Shown here in pieces: positions 50,201 to 60,363 of a stretch of DNA of 64,000 nt (its first letter is position 1; the number at the start of each line of letters is the position of its first letter). The stretch comes from Tubiluchus corallicola. Taxonomy: Eukaryota; Animalia; Priapulida. The stretch covers positions 186,001 to 250,000 of the forward strand of contig JAQGDQ010000173.1 of assembly GCA_030141605.1 (NCBI GenBank). The letters are read 5' to 3'. The notes under the pieces are model-generated. The model saw only the letters and a list, made by a program, of their open reading frames with translations, was not told where the DNA came from and did not search any database. The position numbers and the translations under genes were made by a program.

Positions 50201-51888
50201 TTGTAGCACTGTTGGGTAATAATAAAACAATAGTAACTGATTACTGTAGATGCTTAGATACTGCTATCATGAAACATTAATACATTACTTTGGCTGGCCT
50301 GTAGTGTAACAAATTCTGGTTTTCATTGACTGCATTTGGTACACACCATCTGTTTTTGTTGTATAGTACAAGCATGCAGTTTTCATAATTATCAGATTTA
50401 ATTTCTCCTTATAGTTTACCTAAAATCTAAAAGTCATTTGCTGCTGTAAACTTTGGTAACTTTACATGCTGAAAATTATTTTAAGTTTTGCAGAGATGCA
50501 TCTGTAGGGAAATACATAGTTGTCTGGCAAAGCAGCAGCACCGTCACATCTCCACTTCTAAACATCGTAAATTATAGAGACCGAGTGTTAATAAGCCACC
50601 AGATTTTTTACTATTTCAATATTCTTTACAGCCAGTTTTTGTCTTCAAATACTGGATTCAGATAATTCGCTTTTTGGAACATTGAGCGGATCTTTTGATA
50701 GTATTACTGCTATTTATACTTATGCAAATTTTTGTTTCAGCAAATGCTGTCTGTCATTGAAAAGTTTGCGCAAGATACTAAGCATCTTAGTGTTGATTCA
50801 TGTGTTGTGGCAATACTAACCCATGGCAACAAAGGTGACCTGTTATTCACTAGAGATGGCCACTTGGACTTTGTTGAGCAGATTTTGCCTTTATTTAGTG
50901 GTAGGCCATTGATTATTTTAAAAGTACATATAATGGCATTGCTTAATGATAATGATATTGCTTTAACGGCATTCTTAAATAATTTACCGTAACCCGAAAC
51001 ATGGTTAAAGTACGACTGATTTTTTTCAGTTTTTGTGTCGAAGCCAAAGCTTCCCGTTTCATTAGGACACCCCTACCAGTCTAGATTTAGTTCCCGTCTA
51101 AGTATACAGGTATAGGTTTAGGGTTCACTTTATTAAATTCACAGCCCCCAACAATTGGAATAAAATAAGTGCCCAAGTAAAAATACACAAAACTATTTAT
51201 AGTTTTAAAAAGTACTTGAAAATGACCATTTTTGATTCATACTTATAATACAATTTTAATGGTTCCATGTCTCATGCAGCCCCAATATATGGCCTCCAAT
51301 CAATTATAATGCTATTTTAATATACCTCTATGTAAATTAAACATACACTGTGGTCGTTTCTTCTCCTCTTTTCCTTCTTCCTATCCCTAATCTTACTATT
51401 TTTTCCATTCCATTATTTCTTCTGACCCTAACCATTCTTTCATTCACTCATTTCTGCCACCTTAACAAGCCAAGCTTTCAAGGTGTCATACAGCAACTCT
51501 TTCATTTGGTTAATTTGACTTCATCAACATTTTTTTTTACCCATACTGTTTCTTTTTCTTCAATAATATTGAATGTTGATGTATTGTATATGTATTGCTG
51601 GAGTAAAATAAATTGATTGATTAATTCAAGGTGTTTTTATTTAAGATTCCACAGAGACGTTAAATTACTTTTATAGTTGATTTTGAGATTCATCTAACTT
51701 TTTCTCGAGTATGCGTTTAACTCATTCTACTGTGACTTAGCATTTCTTATTCTTACATATAGGATATTTGAGTAAATGCAGTGTCAATGTGCCCAGTTCA
51801 TATGCTGTACATTTATGGTGACTGAAGCCTTGAAAGTTTGATGTTTGCGATTTGATATATATATATATATACATTAATTATGTATATA

Positions 51889-51932
<44 letters not shown>

Positions 51933-54900
51933 GGTGAATGCTAAATAATGATAATAATAAATGAATTCTTAGGACGCAGTGCTGTGCATTTGTCTGGGAA
52001 ACCAAAAATATTTATCATTCAAGCTTGTCGTGGAGGTAGGTTTCTATTGTTATTTTTTATTTTTTTTGGAGTACTTTTAAACATTTATCAGTAAATTTAA
52101 TGCAGTTTCACTGAGCTATATATTGCCTTGCAAAAATAATGGGCAGTAACTACAAAATGTTGCTTTTGAGAATTGTGTGAAAAGAGAAGCAAAGCCTAAA
52201 GATACTGCTATTCAATCTGCAGTAAAAATGAAGTTACTTTACCGTTTTCATTTCTGTACACTGAAGTGGTAATTCTGATAGTCGTGCTGAGCAGTTACTG
52301 CCTATAATTCTGCAATGGAGCTAGTTTGTGCATAGCCTATGAATGGAAGTTACTTAATACACAAAAACTATCGCTTATAATAAAATTTCATAATAATAGC
52401 AAGAAAGAGCCATTTGTTGGGTAACACCTGTTCTAAATTAGTGAACTTCCTTGAGGAATTGGCTTCTAGCAGACACAAAAATGCTCTAAAATGCAGCAGA
52501 GTGCATTGTTGGATGGGGCTCCACCCTAGACCCCCCTAACTTCTTTCATACTGGGCCCACCGTTGTTCTAAAATCTGTATTCATCCCTGATTAGCCAGAA
52601 TGAATTCTGGAGACTGAATTATTCTCCCTATTCAGATGAGAGCCAGGAGCCAATTGAAGTATCCAAGCCGTCGGAGAAACGTTCATTTCCTGCTGGCGCT
52701 GATCGCGGAGACGACAAACTAACTCAAGATTCAGGGATCAGTTTAATCGCAAAGCAGAGGATGCCGCAAAAGACAAAGCAACCAAATGTTGGAAATACAA
52801 TTGTATGCCGAGCATCTGTGTCAGGTAATGTATCAATTTTATTCCCTTTTTCTTAAAAATTTAAGCATTTGCTTCTGTAACATTTGTCAAGTTAACAAAT
52901 CTTAACTCATTTAATATGTAATAAAGGAATATCGGATATGTTGCATCAGGTGAGAAGCTATTAGGATTGAATGAAGACATTTTTGATTATTAAAAGCTAT
53001 GTGGCTAATAGTATAACAAAATGTTTCACCTGTATAATCTGAAGGTGCCTGATTGAAATCCAGTACTAGTCCTGAATTTTTTCATTTCATTTTGTTCAAT
53101 CAAGCGGTTTAAAATATTTAATTCTAGAGGAGTCATTCAACCCGTGATTTATTAAACTTAGCCCATGTGTGACTAATTGATCCTTCTTTGATGCCTCTTT
53201 GATCCTTCGTGTGTGACGGAAGTAGCTGTGGCCACCGTGAAAAGAAAGTCGCATAGAGGCAGTTCTTATGGTAGTGATTCCTACCACCCCTTTACTGTCC
53301 AGGCTTGACGTTGCTTAATATCGGTCACTAAGCACTCACCTTGACCACCTGGCTGTCTCTGTCATGGTGTACTTATTAAAATAAAGGTGGTTGTGGTAGG
53401 ACCGGAATCCAGATTATCATGGCAGATAATCTTGTAAAGTGAGATGACCTGCTAAAGTTGTCTTGCCACTTCAGGTTTGTGTACTTCCTTCCTCTTTGAG
53501 GTAAATACCGTAAAGTAGTTTTCTCGATGGTCACCATTCATTTACTGGCCAGACTTTGTGTTGCTCAAGTTCAGTCATTTTTTACTTCGACACAACACAT
53601 ATTTCATATATCGTAATAATTACACAATATTTGAAGAATATTATCACCTGAGACTGAGAAACTTAATCTATTGATACATAAATGATTATTTTAAATCTTG
53701 TTCCCAACATGCCAATATGTCTCAAATCACTTTGAAGGCAGAACTCGTTAGAATGATTTGTTAGCAAAAAACGAAATATTAGAAAGAAAGAAAACAGAAG
53801 AAACAATGAATCAGTTTAGGATATAACTAGTTAAGCAGAATTTGAAAGGATTACTAAGGAGGAGTTAGTGAATGGCTGCTATGATAAAGCAATGACTCAA
53901 ACTCAAATTGTAGTGTGATTAATTATATTATATCAGGTTTTAGTTCAATGAAATTCTGTGCTGCTGTAAAGTTCACTATTTGGATCTGTATTAATAACAA
54001 TAGACTCATTAAGCTGCAATTAAGTACTGGTCCTGCTAATATGATAATGACGTATCTTCTTATGTATTAATCAAGACAAATTAAGACACTTGTTATCATG
54101 ATAATTGTTAAATTTTTCTGACTAGTAACATAATTTAAAACTTTTGATTGATATAGCAGATTTAACAGTAAGATTTAAAGTGTACCTTAATGACGTATAT
54201 GTGTACTGTAATGTGTATCCTATATATGTAATAGAATGTTTAGCCAGTTTTGATTTACAGTAAGGTAGCAAAAGTCTTGACGTAATGATAACACTGCTAT
54301 ACTACAGCTTCCTAGAGCCCCAAATGATGAAAAAATCCATTTTCATGTTACCAATTTTTCATTAGCGTTGTTTTTGGCTGTGTAGGATATGCTTCGATGA
54401 GGTCTGAAACTAGGGGTACATGGTTCATCAGAAAACTGGTGACAGAGTTTGCGCAGAATGCTAGCTGTCTACATATTCATGAACTAATGACTAGGGTGAG
54501 TTGATGCTAACGGTGCACCAGAACCGGCGAAAATTCTCCTGGCGCCCGGATCCAAAAATTCTACTAGTACATTTCAATAAATAATCCTGCATGATACTTG
54601 TTATCACTAATGCTTGATAATCAGTTCTTCACAATTAACAGCCTTCCTTAAATTTATTTTGAATAAACAGATCAGATAAGTTTTAATGAAACAAGAGATA
54701 TTTAAATTACATGATGACTAAAACGCAATGTGGGAAACCTTCGCTTGCAGTGTGCACAGGTACACGTCTGCTACATTGAGTAGAGAATAAATGTATCTTT
54801 CTGTATTTGAGGAAGCTGTGAAAAAACAGCACAGTGAACCAGTAGGAAATGAGTCCAAAATTTTAAACAAGAAACACTGTTGTCCAAAATGTTGTCCAAA

Positions 54901-57900
54901 CACGAGCTACCATCGCCAAACTATAGCTATTGCTGGTGCTATTGCAAAACAATTGTTGTCAATGGGCAGCCATTAAATATTATTAATAATAAGGGTCTTG
55001 CATTTGCTGTAGCTTAGTTTGCAGTCGTCTGTGTGATTCACTTGTTCTCATTTGTATGTTCTCACTCCTTTGTCTTTCCAGGTAAAAACAGATGCTTTTT
55101 GTCAGCATTCCCCAATCTTACAACTATTTTGGCGCGATCTGCAAGAGGAGGAACATCCTCCCAGCTGGCAGCAGTCATGCTTGACATATTTCTACAAAGT
55201 TAAAGATTTATGTTAAATGCAGTACCAATGTACACAGCATTAGGTGTAGAACTCCTTTTACTAGTTTGTTTTGAGGATCTTGGAGGTAAATAATATTCTC
55301 ACCTCAGGGTCAGAGGCCACAGCAGCAAGACCCAAACTGTGAAAATTAGGTCGAATAACTTTGTCACTCAACTGATCTTATAGTTTTAGACTAGGACCCA
55401 CTGTTATGTATATATAGGTTTTTGGGCATGTGCATTAAGAGTAGATGTGCATTAAGTATTTTTTGAAAAGTGGGCATTTGCCAGGTCACGTGACATGAGT
55501 GAAAGTGTTAAAATGGGGCCTGGTCAATAAATCCATAAGTGTAAGAACTAGAATCACGAAACTTTCAGGGGCACTTAACTTGCGCAGCTACAGAGCGGTA
55601 CAGGAGTGAGTACATATTTATTTAGGTAATCAAGTACGGAAAATTCAGTAATAGAAAAATTATGAACTTGAGACAAAGATCAAGTCAAGAAAGATTTTTC
55701 ACAGTCAGCAGTTGCAATTTTGCCATAATGCAGAATCTTAAGTTTTGACTTTGTTAATGACTAAGTTCATGACTTTGTCATAAACACGGTCTAGTATTAT
55801 TTTTCATTGCTTGCTGTTAGTACACTAACCATGCGCACTAGCTAGTGTGGCACACATTAGAACCGAAGTTGGGATAGCAACTTTTCCCCTAAGAACCAGA
55901 AAGATATTGACATGCTGAGAACAGTCTCAGATTTAAATATTCATCAAAGTGCGTTGTTTTAGGTACATCGTCAAGTGTTTGAATTGAAGGGTCGACAAGA
56001 GAGGATGTGTGCAGATGGTGCTAGCTTTGAGAAGTTTCTTGTTACTCAAGTTCCCGAATTGGAGTCTTCATTGATGACTCGACTATTTTTCAATCCACCA
56101 CTTGTAAGTGCCCAATTTCACATTGTAAGATGCATATAAGTCCTATATCACATTTTTTACTATCAATACTTGTTGCAATAGATACATTTTTGTGTATAAT
56201 ATTTAAAATTATCAATCAGCGTTTTTAAAGTTTGTTATGTAGTTTACAATTTTTCTGAACAACAGCGTTATGAAAACTGTTATCTTACTTCCTTGTAAAA
56301 TCTAAAACTGTTTAGGAAACTGGTCCAGTAGGATTAGGTGGAGCACTTGCTTACTGGCACTGGATTGGTTATCCTGCAGTTATCAAGGATGACTTTGTAC
56401 GAGAGATATCAACATGGAAAGAGAATGAAAGTTTGGAGCATGTCATCCCGAAACAAATTATTGTCTATTCACAAAGCTGTCTAGGAAGCCGTGTTTCTGA
56501 TGAAATTGGCAAGTTTAAGAAAGCTGCTAAGGTGTTTAACGTTACAAAAGATATGGCCGGTATGAAAGGTCGTAAATACGGAGTTACGGTATGGCCTATC
56601 AGGTCGGACGAGAAGAAATTCTATGTTGCAGTGGACTACCCGAGTGCTATAAAAGCCATTCCAGCCAACACTAATAATATCCGACAGCAGCTAGGAGAGG
56701 TAGCTGCATTTCACAAGACGTTGCAAGACATTGTGACACAGGAAGGTGCTGAGTCAATTCCATTTGTGTTGCTACCATATGACGATGAACAGGAGACACT
56801 TAGAGCTATCTTAAAGGAAGCTTGCAAACAGTTCGAAAAGCCTAACTTTGTCGTGGGTTCCTGTTTGAGGGGTCCAGGCACTGGCTGGGATTTTCCTGCA
56901 TGGGTGACTGAGTCAGATGCTAGTTATTTTAATCTCACTGCTGAGATGCCAGTCGGATTTCTTATAGCAGAAAGGTCTGTATGACTTTTTCCTTCAAGTC
57001 CTGTTCTAGATTGTGCAAAGTTTCTGATGACTGCTATTAAAATTTAACTTTTATAATTGTCAAATTTATAATGACATTCAACTTGTTCGTCAACTTGCAC
57101 TTTTTCTGGTACAGGTATGCTGGGCATTATTTCCACAATTATTCAATTAATCTTCAAGAGCGTTTGAATCAGTTTAAACGGCCAGGTGCACAGCAGAGTG
57201 TCGAGTCAGACAGTGATGATGACGATGATGAGGATGATGAACTGATGGAAACAGACGACCAGGTATGCAACATGTATAATCTTGCATCACTAATAGAACT
57301 GTGTTGTTTATAGTATTAGTCTCTTTTAACTGCTGTGCTAATCCAGTGACTGCACATTGTAATGAAGAGATTTTAATAGTTAAACATCTGATGTTTTTAA
57401 GCCTTTGTCTATCCAAGTTGTTTATTTTTCTAAAATGACATTGCAATGTTATTGGCACCAAAACACACAACGAACAGAACAGGAATGACAACAAGGAAAT
57501 GATTTCCAAAATCTGCATAATCCAGAAAATGTTTAAAGAACCACTGAAAAGGTTCATTTCATAGTAAATTTTATTAGAATGTATGAAGCTGAGCAAAATG
57601 GCACTGCATTGGCAGCATCTTAAGGCAAATGTGACAGTATTGGCACCTATTTTGTGCTTATAGAAGAATGTATCTGGAGGTTTCCATCCATCTAATGATG
57701 TTATTGCTTTTTTTAATTTAGGTCTTGGTTTTAATTTAGTGTATAGATTAACTGAACTTCAAGTACCAATTTACTTATATGAGGAAAAGTATAACTAAGA
57801 GAATGTTTTTTCTTTATAAATATCTTAGTAGGAGCTTTTTTGTTCAGCTAGTGAAACTATAAGTGGGAAAATCATTAGGTTTGAGCCATTTTACTTAATT

Positions 57901-58692
57901 TAAAACGAATAACTAGTAAATATCTCATTATTTATTTGTTAAAAAATTGCATACCAAGGAAAACTTCTAATGACATCTTTGGATTCAGTTGCAAGTGATG
58001 TGCTTTGCCACTACAGTTATTTTGTATGTAAACTGTGGTGACCAAGTTCAAGCTTTTGCCCTTCTAGCATTCACTGAGTTAGTGCCACCATTTTCGGATA
58101 ATTCTTCCTGACAAAAAACAGGACGCCGATTTATGATTATGGATCTTTTTTTTGAGAAAACGCAACAATGTAAGCATCTTTAGTCAATTTAACGATTTTG
58201 TTTTTTGATTTTAATTTTACTTTTTCGTAACAGGGTGTTAAATTTACTATCAACAAACTGCTGGTTCTTCTTCCGTCATCCTGTATTGTTCTTGACTCAC
58301 TGGAAAACGTAGCAGGAGTAGAAGTCATAGGCAACACAGACAGTCTACAGGGAGATTCTGCCAAGATCTTTCTTTCAGATAAGCAGAGATACGTTGGGCA
58401 CAGTACAGTATACAAGCTGGATGACGACTACTTTATTGCTGAATTTGCTACGCCATTACGTTTCCTCAGATACATGCGAGAGCATGGAGTGCTAGATGAC
58501 AGTTTGCTCAACACATTCTATGAGCAGTTCTGCATTAGACTGGAAAGTTTACTGGACGAGAACACCATATGGGAGAAAAATTTTCAAGTGGTTACTTACA
58601 ATGACATGCGCAAGACTATTGGCCCGCCGCTTGTGACCGAATTGCGTGGTATTTTTGCAGCACAGCGCTCTTGCTTGGTGGAAGGAAAATAA
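47298..58692 (+). CDS. Caspase-STING-STING fusion protein (peptidase C14 + two TMEM173/STING ligand-binding domains), 742 aa
   Basis: Exons 47298-47384, 49868-50080, 50741-50900, 51973-52035, 52636-52824, 54386-54495, 55963-56103, 56316-56974, 57115-57262 and 58234-58692 total 2229 nt. All introns are GT-AG, phases are consistent, and there is no internal stop. Caspase motifs are followed in frame by two STING-like domains. Confidence 0.88.
48136..49020. mobile_element. hAT-like non-autonomous element
   Basis: TIRs CAGGGGCGTCGTGC / GCACGACGCCACTG, with 8-bp TSD CATGCAGT. Confidence 0.9.
51080..51620 (+). mobile_element. LINE 3' fragment (ORF2 C-terminus and 3' UTR)
   Basis: Encodes FIKFTAPNNWNKISAQVK...YSFKKYLK, an ORF2-end-like peptide. 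The UTR is shared with 5988-6670 and ends AATAAATTGATTGA. Confidence 0.7.
53100..53370 (-). mobile_element. Possible tRNA/5S-derived SINE
   Basis: The minus strand has a tRNA A-box-like CAGCCAGGTGGTCAAGG followed by TTAAGCAACGTCAAGCCTGGACAGTA, similar to the 5S rRNA internal control region. Boundaries are approximate. Confidence 0.4.
56331..56830 (+). other. STING-like ligand-binding domain 1
   Basis: Motifs match human STING in the same order: LGGALAYWHWIGY ~ VAHGLAWSYYIGY; KQIIVYSQSC ~ RLYILLPLDC; AGMKGRKY ~ AGIKDRVY; VAVDYPSAI ~ VLEYATPL; FHKTLQDIV ~ FCRTLEDIL; FVLLPYDD ~ CRLIAYQE. Confidence 0.85.
56947..58660 (+). other. STING-like ligand-binding domain 2 (split over 3 exons, with an acidic insertion)
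   Basis: Motifs: VGFLIAERYAGHYF..NLQERL ~ VAHGLAWSYYIGYL..ELQARI; KLLVLLPSSCIVLDSL ~ RLYILLPLDCGVPDNL; HSTVYKL ~ SNSIYEL; FIAEFATPL ~ VLEYATPL; FCIRLESLL ~ FCRTLEDIL; FQVVTYND ~ CRLIAYQE. Confidence 0.88.
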
Positions 58693-58865
58693 TGATTAAA
58701 TCTATGGTGTGCAAAAAACTTATGTTAGCATAATTAATTTTCTTTCTACAGGTAGTCATTGACTTACAACCTATGCGACTTGCGACTGTTGGACTTTACG
58801 ACACAACCGCAACTAATTATACGAATATTAATATTATACATGTTATAGTATAATTATCATATATA

Positions 58866-60363
58866 TCGTATATATTAATTTTGCTGGTATATATATATAT
58901 ATAAGATTCGAGGCTACATCTTTGACGACGGCACCATTTGCGGCGATCTATATATCAAAAGAAAAGTCTTGATCTAGTGTCGTGCCATTGGGGGTTTATT
59001 TTTCGAATCGGGCCCACCGGGAGGAACAGGGGGTGCAAAAAACCTCCAAAAATGGCCATTTTTCGGCCGTTTTTTGCAAAAAATTGCAAAACTTATACCC
59101 TTATTTCTAGAGAACGGAATGTGCCAGGAGCGGTGTCAATAATGGTTAGATAGCCCATTCAGCGGTGGGTGTAGTAGGCGTATTTAGAATACGCGAGAGG
59201 GCCTCGGTCTCCTGTAACGGATGTTTTCCCGGACCGATCTCCCGATTTTTTCGAAGTTTTGGGCAAACAGCCTATAGGAAAAACGTTCTAGCGGTGTTCA
59301 GTGGCACTCTTGGAAGAGATATACACCTCTTTAGAAAAAGGAAGAACAGGGCTACACGATGATGTGGGCCGTGCTTTAGAACACGTCCACCAAGAGGAGT
59401 GCCGACGAGTTAATTAGATGTTCTATTTTCGGCAATTTTCGCTTGGAAAACTGCTGACGCAGAGCTATTGTTCTGACATCATCCATTATACTCTGCTTAT
59501 AACCTTATAACTTTAGTTCAGTAAAAGCTGCTGCTCGCTTCACGTTGTAAATGAGGACCATGTAGGATGTTCGCGTATTTTTTATTATAAGTGGATTTAT
59601 ACGCAATTTTTGCAGGGCCTTTGCTAGTCTATATATTAATTTCTCTGGTATGTTATATATATATATATAAGATTCGAGGCTACAGCTTCAACGACGGCAC
59701 CATTTGCGCCGATCTATATATCAAACGAAAGGTCTCGATCTAGTGTCGTGCCGTTGATGGTTTATTTTTTGAATCGGGCCCACCGGGAGGAACGGGTGAC
59801 GAAAAATATTCAAAAATGGCCATTTTTTGCAAAACTTATACCTCTTACTTCTTGAGAACAGGAATGGGCCGATGGTGGTGCTGGCTATGGATAGATAGCC
59901 CGTTCAGCGGTGGGTGTAATAGGCATATTTAGAATTCGCGAGAGGGCCACGGCCATTTTCCTGGACCCGATTCCGGATTTTTTCAAAATTTTGACCAAAC
60001 GGCCTGTCGAAAAAACGTTCTAGCGGCACCTGGTGGGACTCTCGAAAGGAGATATATAGCTCTTTAGAAAGAGGAAGAACAGGGCTACACGATGACCTGG
60101 GCTATATTTTAGGACGCTCCCTTCCAGAGGAGCTGTGATGAGTTGATTGGAGGTTCCGTTTCGCACGATTTTCGCTTGGAAAACTGCTGACGCAAAGCCA
60201 TTGTTCTGACGTCATCCATTATACTCTGCTTATAACCCTATAACTTTAATTCAATAAAAGCTGCTACTGGCATTGCTTTATAAATGAGGACTATGTAGGA
60301 TGTTCGCACATTGTTGATTATAAGTGTATTTATACGAAAAAATTTTTGCGGGGACTTTGCTAG
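58866..60363 (+). mobile_element. Head-to-tail dimer of non-autonomous Helitrons (58866-59627 and 59628-60363)
   Basis: Structure A|TC...CTTTGCTAG|TC...CTTTGCTAG|T, with no TSD and subterminal hairpins. Confidence 0.82.

Larger units (their letters stand above)
49868..56103 (+). other. Caspase p20/p10 catalytic domain (coding exons 2-7 of the fusion gene)
   Basis: Motifs seen: VYPMDSTPRGYCLIINN, RKGSDVD, DSCVVAILTHG (catalytic His), LSGKPKIFIIQACRG (catalytic Cys), linker LTQD/S, GYASMRSETRGTWFI, HIHELMTRV, TQVPELESSL..LFF. Confidence 0.96.

Noticed and set aside
56433-58692. Stand-alone STING gene separate from the caspase
   Set aside because: There is no Met, promoter or TM exon in the 212-nt gap. 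The caspase exon has no stop before a consensus GTAAGT donor, and the phases match.
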